A DNA stretch of 64,000 bases from an uncultured Acidobacteriota bacterium (GTDB lineage Bacteria > Acidobacteriota > Terriglobia > Terriglobales > Acidobacteriaceae), in contig CAVXGX010000001.1 of the NCBI GenBank assembly GCA_963761465.1, forward strand, positions 868,083 to 932,082. The letters are read 5' to 3'. The notes under the pieces were generated by a model, which searched no databases, was not told where the DNA came from, and worked only from the letters and a program-made list of their open reading frames with translations. The position numbers were made by a program, and so were the translations under genes. Positions 37,656 through 46,993 of the stretch are shown here, piece by piece (position 1 is the stretch's first letter; each line of letters opens with the position of its first letter).

Positions 37656-37945
37656 GGGTAGGAAAGCCTCCGCGCAGAAGTGTAGCGCTGCAGAGGCAGA
37701 AGTGGAAGAGGGAAACCGTTGGCCACGGATTTGCACGGATTGCCAGCGATACTTCAAACACCGGTTTTGCGTTATCCGTGATGATCCGTGGGAACCCGTG
37801 GCCAAGAGCGGTCCGGGAGGGCTGCCAATATTCCGTTCGTCGTGGGGCTTTGGTGACGTTTCCCGGGGTTCGGGCGGTTGCTACCGTTTCTTCAGGTACG
37901 GGTGCGTCAGGTACCAGGCAAGAGCGATTCAATCGAGGATGACTC

Positions 37946-38329
37946 ATGGCGAAATCGAAGTTGCGGATTCTTTATGGCGAAGGCGATAACGAAGTCTTGG
38001 CTGCGCAGACGACGGTGATCGAAAAGGCCGGACACGTGGTGCAGGCGGCCGAGGGTCGCAAGGCCGTAGTCGAGGCGCTGCAGAAGCAATCGTTCGATCT
38101 GGTTGTGCTGGGGCCGACTTTGACGCGGAATGATCGTCATCATCTGCCGTATATGGTGAAGAAGGCGAATGCCGAGACCAACGTGCTGGTGATGCATGCA
38201 GACGGAAGCCGGCATCCTTATGTCGATGCCTGCACGGACACCGGGGCGAGTTTGGAGTCGGTGCTGCAGCGGATTGAGGGGATGAAGATTGCCGGGACGA
38301 AGGCGGCGGGAGCGGCGGCGGGGCGGTAG
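37946..38329 (+). CDS. Stand-alone receiver-like (pseudo-receiver) domain protein
   Basis: REC-like alpha/beta pattern, but aligned by eye to CheY the acidic pocket is YGEGD and the phospho-acceptor position reads DLVVLG (Gly in place of Asp). Confidence 0.55.
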   Translation: MAKSKLRILYGEGDNEVLAAQTTVIEKAGHVVQAAEGRKAVVEALQKQSFDLVVLGPTLTRNDRHHLPYMVKKANAETNVLVMHADGSRHPYVDACTDTGASLESVLQRIEGMKIAGTKAAGAAAGR

Positions 38330-38371
38330 GGCGGTGTTGGTCGTTGGTCGTTGGTTCTTAGATCTCCACGG

Positions 38372-38399
38372 GGGCGGCCTTAAAATGGCCGCCCTTTTT
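38372..38399 (+). terminator. Intrinsic terminator
   Basis: gggcggcc-ttaaaat-ggccgccc followed by ttttt, 43 nt after the stop of 37946..38329. Confidence 0.65.
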
Positions 38400-38611
38400 C
38401 ATTTTGCGAACCAGTGCGGGGAGGAATCAAGGTGGTTAACCAGTGGAGGGAATGGGGAACTATTCGGATTTCTTTTTCTGCAACTTGCCACCCGGGCGCG
38501 GGAAGTGGGAATTCTCGGTTTCGCGGGGTTGGCGCGATGCGACGAACCTAGTTGGTAATAGTGGAACGTGGCGGCGGATTCCAGCCCGAGATATCAGCCA
38601 TGAAAGCTTCG

Positions 38612-38772
38612 ATGTGGAGCGGACACTCCTGTCCGCTTCCTTTGGTGTTGCTTTTGAATTTTGGATTCGGTTTCGAGTGTCGGTTTTGAGCTCGACAATC
38701 GTCGGGTCAAGGCTCAAGGCCAAAATACAGAATCTACGTCAAAGGCAGCGGACAGGAGTGTCCGCTCCACAT
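38612..38772. mobile_element. MITE-like element with about 33-bp terminal inverted repeats
   Basis: Left end atgtggagcggacactcctgtccgcttcctttg. Reverse complement of the right end atgtggagcggacactcctgtccgctgcctttg (32/33 identical). 161 bp in total, no ORF. Confidence 0.5.
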
Positions 38773-38794
38773 GAGCTAAGGTGCCGGGCCAGGG

Positions 38795-39313
38795 CTAGGT
38801 TCGGGCCGCTGGTTTGTAGTCCTTGGGGTAGACGACTAAGCAGCGGCGCATGCCTTCGCCTTCGCTTTCGGTGCGGAGGTCGGCTTCGTCGCGGAGGGCA
38901 AGGTGGACGATGCGGCGTTCGCGGGAGGACATGGGGCTGAACTCGTAGGGAGAGCCGGTGCGGCGGACTTTTTCGGCGGCGACCGTCGCGGCGGTGCGCA
39001 GTTCCTGGATGCGGAGCGAGCGCTGGTTCTGGCAGTCGAAGGAAATCTTTTCGTGCTCGCCGGAAGGCAGGCGCAGCATTTCAAGGGCGAGCAGTTCGAG
39101 AGCCCGCAGCAGTTCTCCGCCGCGATCGAGCAGGAGGGCGGAGTCGGGGCCGGCGAAGTCGACGAGAATCTCCGGCTTCTCCCAGTCGCGGTTTTCGGGC
39201 AAAGGGGGATCGACGACGATCCGGTATTTGAGGCGGAGTCCGCCGTGAGTGACGACGGCCTGGAGGAAGGTGTTGATCTTATTGGCGGCGGCGAGTTTAT
39301 CGGGAATGGACAT
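38795..39313 (-). CDS. jag: Jag/KhpB-like R3H-domain RNA-binding protein
   Basis: Downstream of yidC. KH-like N-terminal part and R3H-type SSRERRIVHLALRD. Start at MSIPDK (39313). Confidence 0.8.
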   Translation of the reverse strand: MSIPDKLAAANKINTFLQAVVTHGGLRLKYRIVVDPPLPENRDWEKPEILVDFAGPDSALLLDRGGELLRALELLALEMLRLPSGEHEKISFDCQNQRSLRIQELRTAATVAAEKVRRTGSPYEFSPMSSRERRIVHLALRDEADLRTESEGEGMRRCLVVYPKDYKPAART

Positions 39314-39466
39314 GGGTGTTGGCTCTTGGCTCTTGGCTCTTGGCTTGAATCTTACTGAATCAGGATTCTTGGTGCACTCTTGCTTTGCAGACCGCTTCGA
39401 ATTCGTTTCGATCACCCGTTGTTCGAAAGCCTTAAGCCAAAAGCTAAGAGCCAATGGCTAAAAGCT

Positions 39467-41329
39467 TCACTTCTCTTTCTTCCTGGCGCGCTTGGCCTGC
39501 ATTTCGCGCATTTCTTGACCGAGGGAAGTCCGGTTCATGATGGCTTGCTGCGCCATCTGGATTAAGTTCGATTCGGCGTAGTACAGGTTCAGGCCGGCGG
39601 GCAGCCGGAAGAAGAAGAAGCCCATCATGAGCGGCATCATGAGGGTCATCATTTTCTGCTGCGACGCGTCGACGCCGGGTTGCGGAGTCATGCGCGACAC
39701 GATCAGCATGCTGCCCACCATGATGATCGGCAGAATGTAGGGAAACGGCTCCGAGCCTGACAAGTCGTGAATCCACAGCCAGTGGGCGTGGCGCAGGTCG
39801 AGCGCGATCCTGAGCATCTGGTAGTAGGCATACAGAAATGGCAACTGGATCAGCATGGGCAGGCAGCCGCCGGCGGGATTGACGCCTTCTTTTTTGTAGA
39901 GAGCGCTGATCTCCTCGTTCATGGGCGCCTTGCGGGGATCGCGCAGGCTGTATTTTTTGTATCTCTCCTGAATCGCCTTGATTTGCGGGGCGACGCGCTG
40001 CATCTTCAGCATCGATTTCATCTGGGTGATGCGCAGGGGCAGCAGCAGCAGCGTGAGAATCAGGGTCTGCAGAACAATGGCCCAGCCCCAGTTGGCGACG
40101 ACGTGATGGTACATCCATTTCAGCCAGAGGAAGAGGGGCTTGGCGATGATGCCGAAGAAGCCGAAATCGACCAGGCCGTTGAGATCGTTGTCTGCGCCGG
40201 AAACGCCGGGGACCGAAACTTTCTGCAGGACTTCGAGTTCTTTGGGGCCGGCGAAGATGCGTTCGGCGGTGGGGCCGGCGAGGCTGCCGACGGCAGCGCC
40301 CAGAACGACGACTTCCGACATTTCTGTGGATTCAGGCTTTTGCGGATCGCGCTTCACCGACAGCGGATTGCGCAGCGTGACCATGGACGCGGACTTGGGA
40401 TCGTCGGGGATGAAGACCGCGGCGAAATATTGATCAGTGGGTCCGGCCCAGTGGAAGGGGCCCGAGACGGTGTTGCCGTTAGCGATCGCCGTGCACTTGG
40501 ACATGAACGAGAAAAACCCGCAGCTCAAGGGCAGGCGCTCAATGTTTTTGTTGAACTGGTAGTCAATGAATCCGGCGGCGTAGAAGGCGGGCGTATTCTG
40601 GCTGCCGAATCCGGAAGGCCAGGCCGGCAGCGCTTCGACTTCGCTGCCTTTGTAAGTGACGTTGGTCTTGATGGCGACGACGTAGGTGTTATCGAACGTG
40701 AAGGTCTTGCTGACGGAGAGATCCTGGTCGGCGTATTCGAAGGTGAGGGTGGTGGGGGCTTTAATGGTTTGCCCTGCGAGTTCACCTTTCGCAGAGGTGA
40801 CGGTGACCTTCGGAGTCTCCTCGCCCATCAGGATGCTTTCCTTGTTGCTCACAACGTAGAGAGCGGAGGTGAGTTGGTCGCGCAGGGCTTCGTCGTAGGT
40901 CCAGAGCGAGAGCGGGTAGCCGTATTTTGGCGCCGCATCGGGATTAACCAGGTCGAGCGGGCCGTTCTGGGCTTCGTTGTCGAATTTTTTCAGGATCCAG
41001 GATTTCACCTGCGCGCCGCGGTTGGTGAAGGTGATGCGGTAGAGATCGTTTTCAATTACGGTCTCGGTTTCGCTGGCGGCTTGTTTGGTTACTGCGGAGG
41101 CGGCGGGCTTGGCGACTGCGGGGGCAGGAGCCAGGACTGGAGCTGCCGCGGTCGCGGGCTGTGATTGCGCGGGCTGAGGCTGCTGCTGGGCCGGCGGCGC
41201 GACCGGTTGCGGAAAATATTTCTTGAGCAACGGCTGGAACGCCAGCATCACGATGAAGGCCAGCAGGAAAACCAGCATCAGCCGCTTTTCGTTGCCGGGT
41301 TCGTGTTGTGGATTTTGAATGTCTGGCAA
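39467..41329 (-). CDS. yidC: Membrane protein insertase YidC
   Basis: Long periplasmic domain plus the conserved C-terminal 5-TM core (..PLFLWLKWMY..WGWAIVLQTLILTLLLLPL..Q.KSMLKMQ...P.GGCLPMLIQLPF). Confidence 0.95.
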   Translation of the reverse strand: MPDIQNPQHEPGNEKRLMLVFLLAFIVMLAFQPLLKKYFPQPVAPPAQQQPQPAQSQPATAAAPVLAPAPAVAKPAASAVTKQAASETETVIENDLYRITFTNRGAQVKSWILKKFDNEAQNGPLDLVNPDAAPKYGYPLSLWTYDEALRDQLTSALYVVSNKESILMGEETPKVTVTSAKGELAGQTIKAPTTLTFEYADQDLSVSKTFTFDNTYVVAIKTNVTYKGSEVEALPAWPSGFGSQNTPAFYAAGFIDYQFNKNIERLPLSCGFFSFMSKCTAIANGNTVSGPFHWAGPTDQYFAAVFIPDDPKSASMVTLRNPLSVKRDPQKPESTEMSEVVVLGAAVGSLAGPTAERIFAGPKELEVLQKVSVPGVSGADNDLNGLVDFGFFGIIAKPLFLWLKWMYHHVVANWGWAIVLQTLILTLLLLPLRITQMKSMLKMQRVAPQIKAIQERYKKYSLRDPRKAPMNEEISALYKKEGVNPAGGCLPMLIQLPFLYAYYQMLRIALDLRHAHWLWIHDLSGSEPFPYILPIIMVGSMLIVSRMTPQPGVDASQQKMMTLMMPLMMGFFFFRLPAGLNLYYAESNLIQMAQQAIMNRTSLGQEMREMQAKRARKKEK

Positions 41330-41343
41330 AGTTTACCGTTTCC

Positions 41344-41646
41344 TCAGATCGCGCCGTGGAATGGAGCAGGCGAAGTTGATGGTGCGTCGGGTGTCTGGAT
41401 TCGCGAGTCCGCCCCGTGATCGCAACTGCCGTGGTGGAAACCCGGGCGCTTCACGACTGGATCGTAGCCACCATGCGCGAACGGATGACAGCGCAGCAGG
41501 CGCAGCAAAGCCATTGCTGTGCCGCGCACGGCGCCGTAGCGATCGACAGCTTCCATCGCATAGTCGGAGCAGGTCGGAATGTAGCGGCAGGCCGGCGGGA
41601 ACAGGGGCGAGATGGCCCACTTGTACGCTCGCAAGAATTGCAGCAC
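41344..41646 (-). CDS. yidD: Membrane protein insertion efficiency factor YidD
   Basis: [29 protein letters not shown]...G...[15 protein letters not shown]. Confidence 0.9.
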   Translation of the reverse strand: MLQFLRAYKWAISPLFPPACRYIPTCSDYAMEAVDRYGAVRGTAMALLRLLRCHPFAHGGYDPVVKRPGFHHGSCDHGADSRIQTPDAPSTSPAPFHGAI

Positions 41647-41666
41647 AACGAGTTTGGAAATCGGCT

Positions 41667-42299
41667 TCAGGCTTTCGGCTTTCGGCTTCCGGATTGATCG
41701 TTGTTCCGAATGGTGTTCTGAATCTTGTTCTGGATCTTCTCGCTCTTTTCCAGTCTCTCTGGCTTCGCCAGCTTCTCTTCTATGACTACGAAAGCGCGGC
41801 CGACTTCGTTCACGACCGCCGTGAAGTCGACCGTGAGGAGCGACTTTTTCGGATTGATGACCACATCGGCGTTCGGGGCCGCGGGCGGACGCGTTTGCCG
41901 CACGGCTTCACGCAGTCGGCGCTTCATCCGGTTACGCTGCACCGCGCCGCCGAGGGCGCGGCTCACGGTGAAGCCGATGCGCAGTCCCGGTGCGGGCGGC
42001 CTCGCTGCGAGATTCTTCGCCGCAGTTTCCACGTCCGGCCGGGGCCAATAGAAGACCGTCATGGACGCGGAGAAATGCCGCCGCCCCAGCTTGTAGACGC
42101 GCTCGAAGTCGGCGTGCCGCACCAACCGCGTGTTGCGGGGAAAGGCGGCGTTGCCGGAGGGCCGGGCTTCGCTTGAGCGAGCGTCGCTAGGTCGAACCTT
42201 GCTTGGTCGGACTTGGCCGGACGACAGAACGACGTCCCGCGGCACGAGCCCGTGCGGCGCAACATCATGATTCGATTCTCCAGGGACACTGGCGGTCAC
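41667..42299 (-). CDS. rnpA: Ribonuclease P protein component RnpA (N-terminally extended ORF)
   Basis: [22 protein letters not shown]...[26 protein letters not shown]. Start uncertain (ATG at 42299, or a GTG about 20 codons downstream). Confidence 0.85.
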   Translation of the reverse strand: MTASVPGESNHDVAPHGLVPRDVVLSSGQVRPSKVRPSDARSSEARPSGNAAFPRNTRLVRHADFERVYKLGRRHFSASMTVFYWPRPDVETAAKNLAARPPAPGLRIGFTVSRALGGAVQRNRMKRRLREAVRQTRPPAAPNADVVINPKKSLLTVDFTAVVNEVGRAFVVIEEKLAKPERLEKSEKIQNKIQNTIRNNDQSGSRKPKA

Positions 42300-42424
42300 A
42301 AGTGACTCTAAAATTTCCGGATCGCTTGCATCACAGCGGGTAAGCGGCTGATTTCTGTTAAGCCGCTCGGCGAGCGGCTGGCTGGGAAACCCGGCCGCAC
42401 CACTAAGATGACTCGCGGAAATTT

Positions 42425-42580
42425 CTATTCGCGGAAACCTGGTTTTACCGAGACCCGTTTGCGCCCCTTGGCGCGCCGGCGGGAAATTACCTTCTTGCCG
42501 CCCTGGGTCTTCATGCGCTTGCGAAATCCGTGTACTTTGGATCGCTTGCGCCGGTTGGGTTGGAATGTACGCTTGGGCAT
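42425..42580 (-). CDS. rpmH: 50S ribosomal protein L34
   Basis: Not in the ORF track (under 60 aa). My hand translation: [51 protein letters not shown]. Confidence 0.95.
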   Translation of the reverse strand: MPKRTFQPNRRKRSKVHGFRKRMKTQGGKKVISRRRAKGRKRVSVKPGFRE

Positions 42581-42844
42581 GAAAAGTAGCTGCTCCTGAT
42601 CAGTTCGACGGTGTTAGGGCAAACCGTAAGTATAAATGACGGAGAGCATTCCGTCCAAGCGGGATGCGATGGTAGCCGCTCGGCTTCAAGATTATCTCTC
42701 AGTCGGATGTCATTCTGAGCGCGGCGCCAGCCGGGCGAAGGACCTTACGGCGGCCGGGTGTGTTGATGCCGTGGACGGGAGTGCCTGCGCTTTCTGCAGT
42801 GCAGGTACTCCTCGCATCCGTACAACCTGGGTATGGACTCAACC

Positions 42845-43516
42845 TTAACAGCTTCCGCTCAGGGTTTGGCCGCAGAGGTTTCCCGTCAGGGTGCAGGTTG
42901 TGGCTGAGGTGATCGACACCGTCGCATTCATGGTGCAACTGCCTTTGGGGTTGGGCCCAAAGGAAATCCCGCCGGTTTCGGTTAGGGTGATGGGATAAGT
43001 GGGAACATCGTTGGTGAAGTTCAGTTGCGAGGCTACCGTGATACTCGGATCGCCGTTGATAGTCTCGCTCGACACCGAGCAGTTGGTCGGCGTAATCGTG
43101 AGCGTCGAACTATCGGAGCCATCCCCGGAATTGTTCAGCGTGAAATCAAAATCTCCGGAGGCTGCGATCGTCCCGCCGCCGGGGCAAGCGCCGCTATACG
43201 TGACTGGGATATTGCAGGTGGTTCCGCCGTCAGTCACAGTGCAGCCCGACGAGGTATGCGGATTGATTTGCGATATAGTCGCGGCGAGACTGCGATGGGA
43301 ACCAGATGCTTCATCGGCTGCCGCGCCCGAGGAAAAAGCGTTGGCGAGGGCAGCTTGCACAGCCACATCAACTTCTTGTGTGACGGCCTGGGCTTGTGCC
43401 GGGGTGAGAGTGTTGGAGCTCGAACTGCCGCAGCCTGAAGCGAGCATACTTAACATCAGGACAAGAGTTGCGAGCGCGACTGGAATTGGCGATGCAGATT
43501 TGCCGGACCGATTCAT
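42845..43516 (-). CDS. Hypothetical lipoprotein
   Basis: Start at MNRSGK (43516); lipobox MLASGC; Ser/Thr/Gly-rich beta-type sequence. Confidence 0.62.
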   Translation of the reverse strand: MNRSGKSASPIPVALATLVLMLSMLASGCGSSSSNTLTPAQAQAVTQEVDVAVQAALANAFSSGAAADEASGSHRSLAATISQINPHTSSGCTVTDGGTTCNIPVTYSGACPGGGTIAASGDFDFTLNNSGDGSDSSTLTITPTNCSVSSETINGDPSITVASQLNFTNDVPTYPITLTETGGISFGPNPKGSCTMNATVSITSATTCTLTGNLCGQTLSGSC

Positions 43517-44015
43517 GGAAACCTCCTCGGCGCGATTGGTTGAAGGGCCGAACTGCGACGTTCCCCAAGGGCAATATGTGGAGGCTAGCATGGGGCTGAG
43601 GCGAGGTCAATAATTCCGCTGATATTCTGCGCACTCCTGGCCGTAGCTATCATCTCTGTATTTCGCCTCTCCATATTTACCGACGATTCGCAGTTTTCTC
43701 TTTTCCGAAGTCGGAAACTTTCTGCACCTTCTCTGCGGCAGTTACCAGCGCGGCACTTGACAGCGCTCTGCTGGCGGGTTCTGAATAAGTGTTCGCGGAA
43801 AAATTCCAGCCGAAGTTTTCCACACAACAAAAAATTTTGTGCTAGTATGCCGGACTGATCTTGCTTTTGAAATTCTTTCGGTTTGGGCAGCCACGCACAA
43901 GTTGTTCCAATGCATTTCCGCAGTAAACTTGATGGTTCCGGCTACTTCGTAAAACGGCAGTTATAGACAGGCGCTCCCCACCAGCCGCCGGAGCGCCGCG
44001 GTGAATATTTCATAT

Positions 44016-45390
44016 ATGTCAGTTCCAAGCACAACTCTCTCCCCGAATCCGTGGGCGCGCATCCTCGATGCGCTGGAAAAGAAAATCAACCGGCATTCCT
44101 ACGACACCTGGTTGAAGCCCACACGCTACAGCCACTCGAGCGGCGGAGTTTTGTTCGTTCGCGTTCCGACGGTCGAGTTCCGCCACGCCGGCGATAAATA
44201 CGCCGACTTGATCCAGGAAGCGATCGACAATCTCGGGCTCGGCTTCAACGACGTGAAGTTTGTGACGCCGGAGGATGATCCGGCGGCGACGCCGGTGCGG
44301 CACGATGGCGGGCTGTCTGCGCCATCCGCGAACCTCCGGTCCGTCGCAGTCACGCTTCGATTGGGACGGCGCGGCGCAACTGAATCCGCGCTACACGTTT
44401 GACGCGTTCGTCATCGGCAGCGGAAATCAGTTCGCCCACGCCGCGTGCCAGGCGGTCGCGGAGCGGCCGTCGAAGGCCTATAACCCGCTGTTTTTCTATG
44501 GCGGCGTCGGCATGGGCAAGACGCATCTGATGCAGGCCATCGGACACGAGATCAAGCGGCGCATGCCGCAGGCGGCCATCTGCTACACCTCCAGCGAGAA
44601 GTTCACCAACGACATGATCAACTCGCTGCGCTACGACAAGATGACCAGCTTCCGCGACAAGTTCCGCAACGTGGACGTGCTGCTCATCGACGACATCCAG
44701 TTTCTGACCGGCAAGGAGCGGACGCAGGAAGAATTCTTCCACACCTTCAACGCGCTGCATGAATCGATGAAGCAGATCGTCATCGCCAGCGACCGCTCGC
44801 CGAAGGAGCTGGCCGAGATTGAAGACCGGCTGCGCAGCCGCTTTGAGTGGGGATTGATCGCCGACATCCAGCCGCCGGATCTGGAGACGAAAGTTGCGAT
44901 TCTGCAGAAGAAGGCCGAGCAGGAAAAAGTAACGCTGCCCACCGATGTGGCGCTGTATGTCGCTTCGAACATTCGCTCGAACGTGCGCGAGTTGGAAGGC
45001 GCGCTGATTCGACTGGTGGCGCATTCGTCGCTGATCGGCGCGGAGATCACTCTGCCGTACGCGCAGCAGGTGTTGAAGAATTTCATCGACTCACAGGCGC
45101 GCAAGGTCACCATCGAGTCGATCCAGAAAATGGTGGCCGAACAGTTTGGGCTGCGCCTGGTCGAGATCAAGGCGAAAAATAATTCACGCGCGATCGTTTA
45201 TCCGCGGCAGGTTGCCATGTATCTGGCCAAGCACATGACCGAAGCGTCGCTGCCGGAAATCGGGCGGCAGTTCGGCGGCAAGCATCACACCACCGTGCTG
45301 CACTCCGTCGAGAAAATCGAAGAGCTGCGCAAGAACGATAAAGATTTGAACAGGCTGATCAATAAATTGACCGAGCAATTAGGCGGATGA
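44016..45390 (+). CDS. dnaA: Chromosomal replication initiator DnaA, reading frame interrupted once
   Basis: Domain I ([23 protein letters not shown]...) is in the frame of ORF 44001..44402. Domains III-IV ([19 protein letters not shown]..., [22 protein letters not shown], ...[12 protein letters not shown]) are in the frame of ORF 44275..45390. Total length is 1 mod 3. Confidence 0.9.
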
Positions 45391-45742
45391 ATCGCGCGGT
45401 TCGAGTGAGTTTTCCACTCGTGCAAGTCGAGTCTTCCTTCGCGACGGCTGTGAATGCGATGTGGAAGTTGTGTAAGGCAGGGGAGAAATCGGAAGTTGGC
45501 GGCGGATTTCACTACTGGCTCCGCAGAGTTTGGGACCGATTTCTAACATCAAGGGTTGGGTTGGAACCCGGTGACAACAGGCGAGTTGGCCCGGTTTTCC
45601 ACTTCTGCGAAGGCCCTACTGTTACTGCTGGTTTTATAGGTTTTGCATTTGATATAAGAGAAGTACTAGAAGTAGCACGGCAAGTAGAAGTATCGGGGAG
45701 ACGGATTTTATGCCGGTCGAAGCCGCCGTTGCCGCGGGCACC
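45391..45742. other. Candidate oriC segment (dnaA-dnaN intergenic region)
   Basis: DnaA-box-like 9-mers TTTTCCACT (45410-45418, 45595-45603) and ACTTCCACA (reverse strand, 45460-45468). AT-rich stretch at about 45625-45700 with three AGAAGTA repeats. A better box, TTTTCCACA, lies upstream of dnaA at 43816-43824. Confidence 0.35.
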
Positions 45743-46859
45743 ATGGAGATCACGGTCAGTAAGTTCGAGTTGCTTCGGGAATTGACTGCCACGCAAGGTG
45801 TGGTCGAGCGCAAGACCACGATTCCAATCCTGTCGAATTATTTATTTGAGGCGGCCGGAGACCGGTTGTCGCTGACGGCGACCGATCTCGATCTTGAGCC
45901 TGCGGACTTCCTGCGACGCCAAAGTCAAAAAAGAAGGCTCGTGCACGATTCCGGCGCGCAAACTTCACGACTACGTGAAGTTGCTGCCTGACGCCGACAT
46001 CACCATCAAACTGCTGGAGAATCACTGGGTCAGCATTCGCTGCGGCCGGTCCAACACCAAGATGGTGGGCATGGCGAAGTCAAATTTTCCCAGCCTGCCG
46101 GCGTTTCCGACGGCGGGAGCGCTGACGATTCCGGCGCAAGTATTGCGCGGGCTGATTGCGCGGACCGGATTTGCGATTTCGAATGAAGAGTCGCGCTACA
46201 CGCTGAACGGCGCATTGATGATGATCAAGCCCGAGTCGATCACCATGGTTGCGACCGATGGACATCGCCTGGCCCACTGTGAACGCGCCGGAGAAAAGTT
46301 CGAGGGAGTTTCTGGCGAGTTAAAAACGCTGGTTCCGAAGAAAGCGATGGACGAACTGAAGTCGCTGCTCGATTCGACCGACGCCGAGACGATTGAGTTT
46401 GCCAAAGATGAATCGACGCTGTTCTTCCGGATCGGCTCGCGACTTTTGACGTCACGGCAACTGACCGGACAATTTCCTAACTTCGAAGCCGTGCTGCCGA
46501 AAGATAACAGCAAGGTCGTGCCGCTGAATTCCGACGAACTGAATTCCGCGATTCTGCGCGTGGCGCAGTTTGCCGACGAGCGCTCGCGCGCGGTGCGGCT
46601 GCGGCTGGAAAAAGGCGAGCTGAAGATTTCCGCTTCGTCGACTGAAGCAGGTGAGTCGGAAGATTCGATCGAGGCTCCGTACACCGGCGAACCGCTGACC
46701 ATCGGTTTCAATGCGCAGTACCTGGTGGAATTTCTGAAAGCCGCGGGCACCAGCGAAGTGCGGCTGGAGTTGAAGGATTCCCAATCCGCCGGGCAGTTCC
46801 GGCCCGCTGAGGGCGACGATTATAAGTACCGGTATATCGTGATGCCGATGCGGATCTGA
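45743..46859 (+). CDS. dnaN: DNA polymerase III beta sliding clamp DnaN, reading frame interrupted once
   Basis: [47 protein letters not shown] runs in one frame, then [31 protein letters not shown]... continues in the +1 frame from about 45894. Total length is 1 mod 3. Confidence 0.9.
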
Positions 46860-46993
46860 GCGCCGACCTGACGAGCGATTCATAGCTGCAGCTGTTTGCA
46901 CCAGCCTTATTCCTACCGCGTCGGGCCTTGTGGGCCTTGACCTGATGCGGTCCCTGACATACATTGGCGGCACTTCGAATTTGGGAGGACTTT

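Noticed and set aside
39767-41164. 465-aa ORF on the + strand
   Set aside because: It is antisense to yidC and its composition is not coding-like. The same reasoning applies to 6226..7314 (antisense to 6211..7266), 25239..25928 (antisense to the VWA gene), 34746..35723 (antisense to the OmpA gene), 44350..45024 (antisense to dnaA) and many shorter track ORFs.
42628-42658. Promoter for rpmH (minus strand, TTGGAC-N18-TATACT)
   Set aside because: It is plausible, but the spacer is long and the -35 is imperfect. I cannot distinguish it from chance without transcription start data, so it is not listed as a feature.
44275-45390. Treating ORF 44275..45390 as a complete, N-terminally truncated DnaA
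   Set aside because: A bona fide DnaA domain I is encoded immediately upstream in the adjacent frame and overlaps this ORF. One interrupted gene explains this better than a naturally domain-I-less DnaA.
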